Below, in pieces: positions 41,082-50,273 of a stretch of DNA of 64,000 bases. Below the pieces are notes generated by a model, which saw nothing but the letters and a program-made list of their open reading frames with translations, had not been told where the DNA came from and did not search any database. Numbering within the stretch: the stretch's first letter is position 1; every line of letters begins with the position of its first letter. Origin of the DNA: a virus (lineage: Duplodnaviria > Caudoviricetes); IMG/VR virus record IMGVR_UViG_3300029969_000013, positions 13,111-77,110 of that record, one strand, 5' to 3'. The position numbers were made by a program, and so were the translations under genes.

Positions 41082-42479
41082 ATGCGAATAATCAGATCGA
41101 ATCGCAATATTAATGCTGCATCTATGCCGCCTACTCCTTATGATATTGGACCTGAAGATCCTAAGGAGTATAGCAAGCTCGATGAGTTTGATTCTGAATT
41201 AGAGCTGTACTTTGATGAGCCTATAACTATTGATGAGGATGGTTATGTTGAGCTTACAGGTACAGAGTATATGCTCAATCCTGCACCAGACCGAATGGGC
41301 ATGTATCTTGACTATGATTACAATGTTGAGATAGCAGATGCCGATGACATATATGATCGACTTGGCGATGAATTAAATGCTATAGGCATAGGTTCTAAAT
41401 ATGCACCTGGAACATACAAAGTGACTGGTATTATCAATCTAGTTTCTTCTGTTAGCGGCATAGAATATGATGACGAATATTCTGGTGTTGATGAAGACGG
41501 TGATCCAATTGTAGATAGGTCTTATTATAAAGATGATTCAGACTACACTATCAAATCATTTATAGTATCTGATGTAAAAGTATCTGGTGCTACTATAAAC
41601 AGCTCTACAACTGTAGTAGGATACGATGGCATTGATGAAGATAGCTGGAAGTATCTCCGTAGTAAGCAGGTAATAGACTCAGACGGTATGCTGACTGATT
41701 ACACATTGTACAAAAATGCAGATGGTACACAGTTTATATGCATGTTTGGTGATAATGATTTGTATGAACCTGATCCTGATTATGCAGACTGGGAAGGTAG
41801 CTCCGAGGAGGAAGCTATTGAATGGTTTGACAATTACAGCAGCGGTTATGATGAATACGATGATATCTATGGTGCAGAGTCTGCAGATGAATCTGATGCA
41901 TATGATGAAATCAAAGAAATAGGCCAGGAGTTTACATCTGAAAATACATCCATTAACAGCGGTAGACTTCCAGCAGTGTTCAACATGGTAAATTTTGAAC
42001 CTAGTACAGTCAACCTCGACTACGGCGGTGGTAAGTTTGACAATGTTGCAGAGTATCTTACACAGTATGATGTTATCAATCTTGTATATGATCCGTACAA
42101 CAGAACTGCAGAGCATAACAAAGAAGTCATTGGACTTATTCGTGAACATGGTGGAGCAGATACAGCTACATGTTCTAATGTGCTGAATGTTATCAAAGAA
42201 CCGGAAGTTCGTTTGAATGTTCTTCAGAATATCAAGAAGCTTGTAAGACCTGGTGGTACTGTTTACATTACAGTATATGAGGGTAAAGGTAATGCAGCTG
42301 AAGGTCCTACAAAGTCTGGCTATCAACTTAACAGAAAGACAGCCGATTACATGGAAGAAATCCAGCAAGTATTTCCTGATGCAAGACGTAAGGGTAAACT
42401 TATCATTGCTACTAACAGTGGTGCTGTTACAAGCTCTACAGATTATGAGGATGATGACATCGAACTTATCACGCTGTAA
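41082..42479 (+). CDS. Multidomain acidic protein with C-terminal class I SAM-dependent methyltransferase
   Basis: NLDYGGGKFD (motif I), VYDPYNR, SNVLNVI; two Asp/Glu-rich N-terminal modules. Confidence 0.75.
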   Translation: MRIIRSNRNINAASMPPTPYDIGPEDPKEYSKLDEFDSELELYFDEPITIDEDGYVELTGTEYMLNPAPDRMGMYLDYDYNVEIADADDIYDRLGDELNAIGIGSKYAPGTYKVTGIINLVSSVSGIEYDDEYSGVDEDGDPIVDRSYYKDDSDYTIKSFIVSDVKVSGATINSSTTVVGYDGIDEDSWKYLRSKQVIDSDGMLTDYTLYKNADGTQFICMFGDNDLYEPDPDYADWEGSSEEEAIEWFDNYSSGYDEYDDIYGAESADESDAYDEIKEIGQEFTSENTSINSGRLPAVFNMVNFEPSTVNLDYGGGKFDNVAEYLTQYDVINLVYDPYNRTAEHNKEVIGLIREHGGADTATCSNVLNVIKEPEVRLNVLQNIKKLVRPGGTVYITVYEGKGNAAEGPTKSGYQLNRKTADYMEEIQQVFPDARRKGKLIIATNSGAVTSSTDYEDDDIELITL

Positions 42480-42580
42480 CATCGGTTGATAATTTATGAA
42501 TCGTTATAGACTACATAGTCAAACATACTTGGCTATGTAGTCTATTTTATTATTCAAGTTAAATATTGGAGGTTATGATA

Positions 42581-42778
42581 ATGGCAAAGAATCCTGCTCA
42601 AGAGAGAATCACACATAATTTCATATCAGATGGTAGCCCTTATGATAAGTGCAAGAAATGTATACATTTCACAAGAGAGGGAGGTTATCAGCATTGTAAA
42701 AAGTTCGACAGATTTGTTCCGACAATTGGGTTCACGTGTTATAAGTTCAACCCTAATCAGACAGGAGGAGATATTTAA
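42581..42778 (+). CDS. Small Cys-rich protein
   Basis: CKKCIH...HCKKF...TC; GGAGG RBS. Confidence 0.6.
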   Translation: MAKNPAQERITHNFISDGSPYDKCKKCIHFTREGGYQHCKKFDRFVPTIGFTCYKFNPNQTGGDI

Positions 42779-44406
42779 TGGCACTTAATCCGGAACAGCA
42801 ACTGGCAGTGGATTCTAATGCTAATAAAATATTAGTATTAGCTGGCGCAGGTACAGGTAAGACACATACTATGATTGCTAGAATATCTAGATTAGTTGAA
42901 GATGGTGTAGATGTATCTAATATATTAGTGTTGACATTTACCAATGCAGCTGCACGAGAAATGAAAGAGCGTTATACAAAATTACACCCAGGTGAGATAT
43001 CTCCTAAGTTTTGCACATTCCATGCATTTTGCTATTCTCTTATAGTAAGAGATACTATAGTTAGATCTATGATTGGATACACAACTGTTCCAAGTATTCC
43101 ATCTGATTCTGATATCCGTAGATTAGAAACTATGTGCAAGAAACAATGCGGCGTAAAGCTTTCAGATGATAAACTTAAAGGGAAATGCCCACTCACTAAA
43201 AATGAGAAATTTGTATACGATATATACTGGAAGCAATATAATAAGTTGATGAAGATGGAAGGGTACATAACATTTGACATTATGTGCGAGAGTATTTGTA
43301 AGCTGTTTTATGATAATGCACCTTGTATACAGCTGTATAAACATTTATACAAATATATCTTTGTTGATGAGTTTCAAGATACTGACCCTCGTCAGTGGAA
43401 ATTTGTAAAATCGTTCACAGATTCTAATCTGTTTGTAGTAGGTGATGCTAAACAAGCTATATATTCGTTCAGAGGTGCTGATAGCGAAATAATTAAATCA
43501 CTTGCTGAAGACGATGACTGGAATACAATTAGGTTATCTCACAATTATAGGTCTGCTAAGTGTATATGTGATTATGCTAATACTATTCACAGAAGCTGGC
43601 AAGGTGCTGCATATAACTTGCAAATAGAATCGGATAAACAAGATGGTGATGTGTCGATTGTAGGTGAATTTTGCTTTACAGGTAAGGATGCAGTTTCGCA
43701 GATATTCTCTATTCTTGAAAATCAGAATGCTACAGACACATATGCAATACTCTGTAGATCTAACAATGAAGTTTCACAAGTTAAAGAATTGCTGAAAAGT
43801 ATAAATATGCCGTTTCGCACTAACAAACGCGAAAAAGATGCAGAAGGTATACTGAAATGTGCAGCAGATAGTGCATATATGGTTAGCTGGTTAGCTGATA
43901 AGTTATCTTCTACTGAATACAATAACTATATTCGCTTATGTGCAGTTGATCCTTATTATGAAACAGAGGAAGGTTTCTTATCTGAATATGAATCACGTGT
44001 AGCTAAATATACATCTGATATATTTACAGTAAGAGCTATGTTACTTTCAGATGTATTAGCTCAACAGAAATGTATAGACATCGGTAAAGTATTACATGTG
44101 CCTATGGCGGTTGTAAATCTTAGAGATGATTCAAATGAAGCTGTAATTGAATACTTATTAGCTGCTATTGAATCGTCTAAGGTTGAAACAAACTTATACG
44201 TAGGTACTATCCATTCTGTAAAAGGTTTGGAGTTTGATATTGTACACCTCTTAGGTGTTAATGGAAGATGGTTTCCTGTGAATAAAAATGATGAACAGCG
44301 AAATGTATACTATGTAGGATGCACACGTGCAAAAAGCAAGTTAGTAATCTGGGAATCTGAACCGGCATTCGATGACAGCTATTCATATGAAACGGAGGGC
44401 TTCTAA
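42778..44406 (+). CDS. UvrD/PcrA-family SF1 helicase
   Basis: AGAGTGKT, VDEFQD, GDAKQAIYSFRG, HSVKGLEF, YVGCTRAK. Confidence 0.93.
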   Translation: MALNPEQQLAVDSNANKILVLAGAGTGKTHTMIARISRLVEDGVDVSNILVLTFTNAAAREMKERYTKLHPGEISPKFCTFHAFCYSLIVRDTIVRSMIGYTTVPSIPSDSDIRRLETMCKKQCGVKLSDDKLKGKCPLTKNEKFVYDIYWKQYNKLMKMEGYITFDIMCESICKLFYDNAPCIQLYKHLYKYIFVDEFQDTDPRQWKFVKSFTDSNLFVVGDAKQAIYSFRGADSEIIKSLAEDDDWNTIRLSHNYRSAKCICDYANTIHRSWQGAAYNLQIESDKQDGDVSIVGEFCFTGKDAVSQIFSILENQNATDTYAILCRSNNEVSQVKELLKSINMPFRTNKREKDAEGILKCAADSAYMVSWLADKLSSTEYNNYIRLCAVDPYYETEEGFLSEYESRVAKYTSDIFTVRAMLLSDVLAQQKCIDIGKVLHVPMAVVNLRDDSNEAVIEYLLAAIESSKVETNLYVGTIHSVKGLEFDIVHLLGVNGRWFPVNKNDEQRNVYYVGCTRAKSKLVIWESEPAFDDSYSYETEGF

Positions 44407-44407
44407 G

Positions 44408-44767
44408 ATGTTGTTTGACGTGCCTAATTGTTCAGCTGCTATGATAAATAATACAGAACAGTTGTTGAAATCTATAGCATGGCATTTATCAGCTAAACGC
44501 GGTTGTAGAGGAAAAGTCTACACTGTTATCATTGATGACGATAAAGTCATATTCAACATTGATATTGAATTACAATCACATTCATCTAAGGTTCAAAAAA
44601 CACCTGTAATACAGCATATATTCTTATATCATTTTCCGTTGATAATGGCGTATACACAGGACATTAACAATACCTGTAATATTAAACCAGACGTTTTAAT
44701 ACCTGGTAAATACGAATATAGACCCTTTGCATCTGGTAAGTATCGTAGATGGTTTAGAATTAATTAG
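44408..44767 (+). CDS. Hypothetical protein
   Basis: ATG 2 nt after helicase stop, GGAGG upstream. Confidence 0.55.
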   Translation: MLFDVPNCSAAMINNTEQLLKSIAWHLSAKRGCRGKVYTVIIDDDKVIFNIDIELQSHSSKVQKTPVIQHIFLYHFPLIMAYTQDINNTCNIKPDVLIPGKYEYRPFASGKYRRWFRIN

Positions 44768-44781
44768 ATAAGGAGATCAAT

Positions 44782-45102
44782 ATGATATTAATTGGTACTG
44801 TTAAATGCTTGTCAGATGATGCAATCATGTGGTTCCGTTATTCACCTAAATGTGATGATACTTCGGAATACTTTTCAGCGATAGTTTATCCTAAACTATA
44901 TCCAACATACGAATCAGCTGTTAGCGGTAATGAAGATTACTTGTATGGATTCAACACATGTAAACATAATTTAGAGGATGTAGTGTTATATCCATGCTGC
45001 ACACCTGAACTTCAAGCATATGAATTTATTCCTACATCTAGAGATGTCAAAGCTTGCAGATGTCCTGAATGTATGATGATACAGCTTGGATATTACTCAT
45101 AA
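44782..45102 (+). CDS. Cys-rich hypothetical protein
   Basis: AAGGAG RBS; CRCPEC motif. Confidence 0.6.
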   Translation: MILIGTVKCLSDDAIMWFRYSPKCDDTSEYFSAIVYPKLYPTYESAVSGNEDYLYGFNTCKHNLEDVVLYPCCTPELQAYEFIPTSRDVKACRCPECMMIQLGYYS

Positions 45103-45114
45103 GGAGGTAACATA

Positions 45115-45777
45115 ATGAGCAAAGTAAAAGTAGGAGGCATCTATAAACATTTCAAAGGAAATTTTTATAGAGTGCTGTCAATTGCAAAACATTCTGAAAC
45201 AGGAGAAGACGTTGTAGTATATAAGCCATTACTTGGTTATGTAACTTATGTGCGACCTTTGAGTATGTTTATGTCTAACGTAGATTCGTCTAAATATCCT
45301 GAAGCTATACAAAGATCACGATTTCAATATTGCCGTTGTTCTTATGAAGATTATATGGATATACTGTATGATTCGCTTTCTGAATCTGACCTCAATAAGT
45401 ATAAGATAGGTGAGCAGATAAATTATAAATATGTAGAATGCGATGAGCCTGTGTGCGACTTAAAATACAAATACAGTATAGATGATAAAGAATTTATTGA
45501 ATTTGCAATGTTCTATAGTGAATATAATTATTCATGGTTGTGCACATCACACAATCCGCTAAGTTTATATCAAGTTCCACTGTCTATTCGCGTAATTGAT
45601 TGTCTTAAACGCCGAAATATCAATACACTTCATGATTTGTTAGATGCTGGGTTAGATAAGATAGCTGGATTGAAAGGTGTAGGTATTTCAACACTTCGAG
45701 AAATAAAACAAGTTATAGAATTGTGTGGAGATAATGCAAATATAATATTGGAAAGGAAGCTACACAATAAAGAATGA
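45115..45777 (+). CDS. DUF1653 domain fused to RNA polymerase alpha-CTD-like HhH domain
   Basis: GIYKHFKGNFYRV...HSETGE..VVY...YVRPLSMF; LSIRVIDCLKRRNINTLHDL...LKGVG. Confidence 0.7.
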   Translation: MSKVKVGGIYKHFKGNFYRVLSIAKHSETGEDVVVYKPLLGYVTYVRPLSMFMSNVDSSKYPEAIQRSRFQYCRCSYEDYMDILYDSLSESDLNKYKIGEQINYKYVECDEPVCDLKYKYSIDDKEFIEFAMFYSEYNYSWLCTSHNPLSLYQVPLSIRVIDCLKRRNINTLHDLLDAGLDKIAGLKGVGISTLREIKQVIELCGDNANIILERKLHNKE

Positions 45778-46343
45778 GCAAACAGAGTTGTAAAATAGAT
45801 GGTATGCTTCTTGCTACATTGCTCACAACATTGTTCTACTCTGCTACATATCCATATATTCATAAAGAGATAGTATCAAATGTATCTGATTCTATCATAG
45901 CACTTAATCAAATAATCAATTGCATCTCTATTATAGTATATGGGCGTGTATGGAACAAAAAATCGGATAGATTATTCAAATTCTATCCGATGTTTTGCAT
46001 ACTCGAAACTATACTTAGTATAGGATCAGCAATATGGGCAATAATGTCAGGTGATATTGTAGCATATTACATTGTAGATACATTGATATTCGCTATTGTT
46101 ACTCGTAACATATGTTGTGGAGGGGTTAAGTTAAGAGCAATTCGTTATAGAACAGAGAAGGAAAGAGAGCATTTTGATAACAATAATAATTCAATGTCTG
46201 CTATAGCTACTATCATAGGTTCGTTCATAGCAATGATACTTGAATTAGATTTCAATATGATGCTCATCCTAGCAACTATTGGAAACTCAATAGATAATAT
46301 ATTTTACATATGTATATTCTATAATCAGAAGAAATGGAGCTAG
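45774..46343 (+). CDS. Multi-pass membrane protein
   Basis: About six hydrophobic segments. Confidence 0.7.
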   Translation: MSKQSCKIDGMLLATLLTTLFYSATYPYIHKEIVSNVSDSIIALNQIINCISIIVYGRVWNKKSDRLFKFYPMFCILETILSIGSAIWAIMSGDIVAYYIVDTLIFAIVTRNICCGGVKLRAIRYRTEKEREHFDNNNNSMSAIATIIGSFIAMILELDFNMMLILATIGNSIDNIFYICIFYNQKKWS

Positions 46344-46405
46344 TAATACATGAATCGTTATTATATACATACATCAATAAGTATAAATAATATCAGGAGG
46401 TATAC

Positions 46406-48223
46406 ATGATGAAACTTTCATCTATCCACATTCAAGGTATGCATAACGTTGAAGACAAAACCTACTCCCTTAGTAATATGAATTACTTTGTAGGTCCTAA
46501 CGGTGCAGGAAAATCAACAGCTATGCAGGCAATTCAGCTTGCACTTCTCGGATACATTCCAGGTACAGACAAGAAGAAATCAGCTATCTTCCAACATTCA
46601 AATGGACAATTCATGTCAGTATCTTTGGTACTCGAAGATGGTAACAAGCAAATAACTATCAACCGTACTTGGAATCGTAAAGGTAAGGATGTTGTAGCAG
46701 CTGTTAACACAGTACCAGATGATATAGATGTCGAATCTATCATTGGAGAAATCTCGCTCCCAATCCTTAACTTCAATGAATTCATCTCGATGACATCTAA
46801 CAAGTTGAAGGACTGGTTTATCAACTTCCTTCCAAACAGTGATTCTTCTATTGATTGGGACAAGAAGCTTCGCCAGGAGATTGCTGATTATGGTAAATTA
46901 CTCAGTCCAGAGTATGTAACTGAAATAATTACTTATGTTACTAATCTCAAGAGTAAAGGTCTCGATCAGATAAGAGAATTCAATGCGTTTTTAAAACAGC
47001 AGCAGTCTTTCAAGAAAACTGAACTTACAAGAGTACAAGGCACCATTCAGAGTCTCATTTTCTATGATGACTGTGACAATTCAGTAGATGTATGTACTCT
47101 CAAGGAACAGAATCGAGTAGATTCACTTATCAAAGATAACATCAATCATCAGCTTTTAAGGATTTCTAACAATAAGAAGATTGATGCTCAACTTAGTTTG
47201 CTTACAGAAGTAGTAAGTGATTCACTTGAATCTGATAATAGATATCAGGAAAATCTCAGCAACATTGCAGCTGCTGATAAAGTAATTGCCGAATGTAATA
47301 ATACAATTAGTGATTATTCAAATTCACTTGCAGCTCTCAAACAGAAGCGTGCAGATAAAGTTGAAGTAATCAACGGTGCAGGTGTATGTCCTTACAGCGG
47401 ATCAGTTTGTGAATCCATTCGTAAATTATTAGATGTGTTCAAATCCGATGTTGAAAATATTGACGCTGATATTATCAGATTCAATGACGAACGTTCAGCT
47501 AAAGAAAAAGAACGAGTTGCTGCAGATACTCAGAAGCGTATGTGTGAAAATCATAACGCTAAGATAACAACACAGTACAGCCAGTATGCATCTCTTAAGA
47601 AGCAGTATGACTTTAGTGTTGTTGATCTTGAAGAGTCTATGCTCCAGAAAAATCTAAAGAAAACAACATCTGATATAGAAGCTAGAAATGATCTTATTAT
47701 TAAACTAGAAGCTAATAAGCAATACAACGAGCTTACACATACATTGACTGCTCAGAAGTTTCAGATTGAACAGGAGCTTGAGATTCTGAAAGCTTGGATA
47801 AAGCTTACAGATGTAAATGGTATGCAGTCTACAATCATGGAAGCTCCGTTCAATAATCTTGCTGGTAAAATGTCTGAGTATTTGAACAAATTCTTCAACA
47901 GAGATGATCTGACAGCTGCATTTCATCTTACACAAGAAGCTAATAGTTTCAGTTTTGGAATCCGTAAAACTGATAACACATATCTGGAATTCGACTTACT
48001 GTCTAGTGGTGAAAAATGTTTGTACACATTGTCGCTTATGCTTGGTCTGATTGAAACATCTGCTACACAGCTGCCAATTATTCTCATTGATGACTTGCTT
48101 GACCATCTTGACCAGGAACGAATTGCATCTTGCTTTGAAACCTTGTATGATATTGATAATGTACAGGTACTTCTTGCAGGTGTACAAAACTCACCTATCG
48201 CTGAAGGTATTATTGAGGTGTAA
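46406..48223 (+). CDS. SMC/Rad50/SbcC-like ABC ATPase
   Basis: GPNGAGKST, coiled coils with CPYSGSVC hook, LSSGEK signature, IILIDD Walker B. Confidence 0.85.
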   Translation: MMKLSSIHIQGMHNVEDKTYSLSNMNYFVGPNGAGKSTAMQAIQLALLGYIPGTDKKKSAIFQHSNGQFMSVSLVLEDGNKQITINRTWNRKGKDVVAAVNTVPDDIDVESIIGEISLPILNFNEFISMTSNKLKDWFINFLPNSDSSIDWDKKLRQEIADYGKLLSPEYVTEIITYVTNLKSKGLDQIREFNAFLKQQQSFKKTELTRVQGTIQSLIFYDDCDNSVDVCTLKEQNRVDSLIKDNINHQLLRISNNKKIDAQLSLLTEVVSDSLESDNRYQENLSNIAAADKVIAECNNTISDYSNSLAALKQKRADKVEVINGAGVCPYSGSVCESIRKLLDVFKSDVENIDADIIRFNDERSAKEKERVAADTQKRMCENHNAKITTQYSQYASLKKQYDFSVVDLEESMLQKNLKKTTSDIEARNDLIIKLEANKQYNELTHTLTAQKFQIEQELEILKAWIKLTDVNGMQSTIMEAPFNNLAGKMSEYLNKFFNRDDLTAAFHLTQEANSFSFGIRKTDNTYLEFDLLSSGEKCLYTLSLMLGLIETSATQLPIILIDDLLDHLDQERIASCFETLYDIDNVQVLLAGVQNSPIAEGIIEV

Positions 48224-48226
48224 ATT

Positions 48227-48754
48227 ATGAAAGATGTTTACAGCAAAATTGTATATGACACATTTGATATCGCAGATGCGATATCTGAACTTAATGACAC
48301 AATTAACAATACTGTCAACTTCAATGAAAAACACCCGCCTGTTTATATTTGCATAATGGATGGCGCAGTGCAATTCTTTGCAGATATAACACGTAAATTA
48401 CCTTCTGGACAATGCGTATATGTGAAGGCAAGTAGCTATGGACATACTCAACAATCTGGAGAACTTACAGTTTCTGAGATACCTAGTGATTTGAATTCTA
48501 ATCAAATCTTCATATTTGACGATATATGCGATACAGGTTCTACACTAAAAGCTGTTAGTGACATTGTACAGCTCAAATATCCAAATGCTGATGTATATAC
48601 TGTAGCTCTTGTTGACCGTGCAAGCGATGGAAAAGGAGTACCTTACTGGTCTGCTATCACTACATCTAAATCTACATTCTTTGCAGGATATGGTATGGAT
48701 GATAAGGGGCAAGGCAGAAATTTACCATTTATCTACGATTGTACGGAGGAATAA
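48227..48754 (+). CDS. Hypoxanthine phosphoribosyltransferase-like protein
   Basis: FIFDDICDTGSTL PRPP-binding loop; FAGYGMD...RNLP. Confidence 0.85.
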   Translation: MKDVYSKIVYDTFDIADAISELNDTINNTVNFNEKHPPVYICIMDGAVQFFADITRKLPSGQCVYVKASSYGHTQQSGELTVSEIPSDLNSNQIFIFDDICDTGSTLKAVSDIVQLKYPNADVYTVALVDRASDGKGVPYWSAITTSKSTFFAGYGMDDKGQGRNLPFIYDCTEE

Positions 48755-48756
48755 GT

Positions 48757-49152
48757 ATGAAAATTCAAGAGGGTCAAATGTATGAAATCACTGTAGTTAA
48801 GATTCTGCCTAAGGGAATAATTGTGCAGATTAAAGGAACATCTGACACAGAGTTTATACATATATCCAAACTGTCTACAAAATTTGTATCAGACATATCT
48901 AAATTGGTACAAGTAGGTGACTGTTTTGAAGCTATATGTGTGAAAGGTTCTACTAGATTAGAATTATCTTTGAAGCACCTAAATTTAGAATCGTTATATA
49001 AAAATGTAGATCGCAAGTGTCTTGAGAAACACAATCAGCCAAAATCTTCATTAGACGAGATGATTGCATCGGCTGAGGCTATTTTCAAAGACAAAAGGCG
49101 AGATGCAGATGCTAGATTGAAACGTAGACGTAAGTCAGGTTTCAAAAGATGA
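48757..49152 (+). CDS. S1 RNA-binding domain protein (YugI-like)
   Basis: EGQ..E..V..I...G..V......FIHISKL..FV.DI...VQVGD...LSLK. Confidence 0.85.
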   Translation: MKIQEGQMYEITVVKILPKGIIVQIKGTSDTEFIHISKLSTKFVSDISKLVQVGDCFEAICVKGSTRLELSLKHLNLESLYKNVDRKCLEKHNQPKSSLDEMIASAEAIFKDKRRDADARLKRRRKSGFKR

Positions 49153-49171
49153 ATAATACGGAGGATAAATT

Positions 49172-49645
49172 ATGATTAAAGAAGTTAAAAAATGTATGTA
49201 TCATTCTACATTACTCAATGAGGATTTCGATACACTATTCCATGCAAAGGATGCAGAGCTCAATATACGTATACATATTCGTAAGAATATTGAATCGTTG
49301 ATAAACATAATCGACTACTACAATGAATTATGTGATGAATATAAGTCTGCAGTACATCAGGGTGATTCTGAAAGTGTCGAAAAATATGAACAACTGCTCG
49401 ACGAGACATTCAATAAGTTCTATGAATTAGGTGTCCATAAATTGCTGTTCCCTGAGAATGAAGATTCAGCAGAGGTAGAATTTGAAAAGGCAATGCGTGC
49501 ATATTGTGGTGAATCAGATACCGATGATACAGCTGAATGTATGGAAGATGTTGATGTAGAACGTGCACCGTCCAGTGGCATTTTAGTTAAAGTGCATAAG
49601 GTAAGAAGGTCACATTGCGGCAATTGTAACAGATGCAAACAGTAA
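49172..49645 (+). CDS. Hypothetical protein
   Basis: GGAGG RBS; Cys-rich C-terminus. Confidence 0.65.
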   Translation: MIKEVKKCMYHSTLLNEDFDTLFHAKDAELNIRIHIRKNIESLINIIDYYNELCDEYKSAVHQGDSESVEKYEQLLDETFNKFYELGVHKLLFPENEDSAEVEFEKAMRAYCGESDTDDTAECMEDVDVERAPSSGILVKVHKVRRSHCGNCNRCKQ

Positions 49646-49742
49646 ATGATTCAACATTATACATTTAACCTTGTATAATTAGCGATCGTTATTATAAGTG
49701 GCCAAGATGATGCTTGGCAGGGAATCTGCAATGAGCAGAGTA

Positions 49743-49770
49743 CTACCGTCTGTGGGTTGACGGTAGACCA
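49743..49770 (+). ncRNA. CCA-terminated microhelix
   Basis: CTACCGTC / GACGGTAG 8-bp stem, 8-nt loop, ACCA; 1 nt before next element. Confidence 0.55.
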
Positions 49771-49771
49771 A

Positions 49772-49861
49772 GCCGGAGTAGCCCAAAATCAGTCAGAGGT
49801 ACTTGTCAGTCCTAGGCAACGTCAAGAAACAGTGTTGGTTCAAATCCAGCCTCCGGTACCA
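49772..49861 (+). ncRNA. tRNA-like RNA with abnormal anticodon region
   Basis: GCCGGAG/CTCCGGT acceptor, GTTGG-TTCAAAT-CCAGC T arm, ACCA; no canonical 7-nt YU-NNN-R loop. Confidence 0.75.
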
Positions 49862-49986
49862 GACTCGCTTTCTTAAGATAGCTTCTTGTTCCGAGTCTGA
49901 AATAGAAAGAAGCTATAGTGTAGTAATATGCAACTATATAGCATATACGTCTTTGACAGTTGAACGGATATAATCAACTGTAATGA

Positions 49987-50063
49987 GGGCCTTTAGCTTA
50001 GTCGGTTAGAGCAGCTGACTCATAATCAGCAGGTCGCCAGTTCGAGACTGGCAAGGCTCACCA
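49987..50063 (+). tRNA. tRNA with CAT anticodon (Ile2-type likely, Met possible)
   Basis: Canonical cloverleaf, GCTGA-CTCATAA-TCAGC, G1-C72, encoded ACCA. Confidence 0.9.
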
Positions 50064-50157
50064 GCCCGAAAGGGCAAAATTTCAATTGTTGTCATAAAGT
50101 TACTTGTTTTTAGTTCATTTTGTCTTAGAAACTTATCATGTATCTAAGACATTTTCT

Positions 50158-50224
50158 CCTTCAATAGCTTAATTAGTAAAGCAAATGTTTATTGATGCTG
50201 GTGCAAATCCAACTTGAAGGTCCA
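50158..50224 (+). ncRNA. tRNA-like RNA lacking a normal anticodon arm
   Basis: CCTTCAA/TTGAAGG, D arm GCTT/AAGC, 3-bp stub AAT-GTTT-ATT, T arm loop TGCAAAT, TCCA end. Confidence 0.75.
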
Positions 50225-50273
50225 GTCCTAAATAGGACAATCGTTATTAATAACAGAAAGCAACATAAAATGT

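Noticed and set aside
41679-42482. 267-aa minus-strand ORF
   Set aside because: Antisense shadow of the methyltransferase gene; no RBS or recognisable motif. The same applies to the other minus-strand ORFs in the track.
49772-49861. Selenocysteine or amber/opal suppressor tRNA
   Set aside because: Contains TCA and CTA triplets but neither sits in a proper 7-nt loop; lacks the 8-bp acceptor and 6-bp D stem of tRNA-Sec
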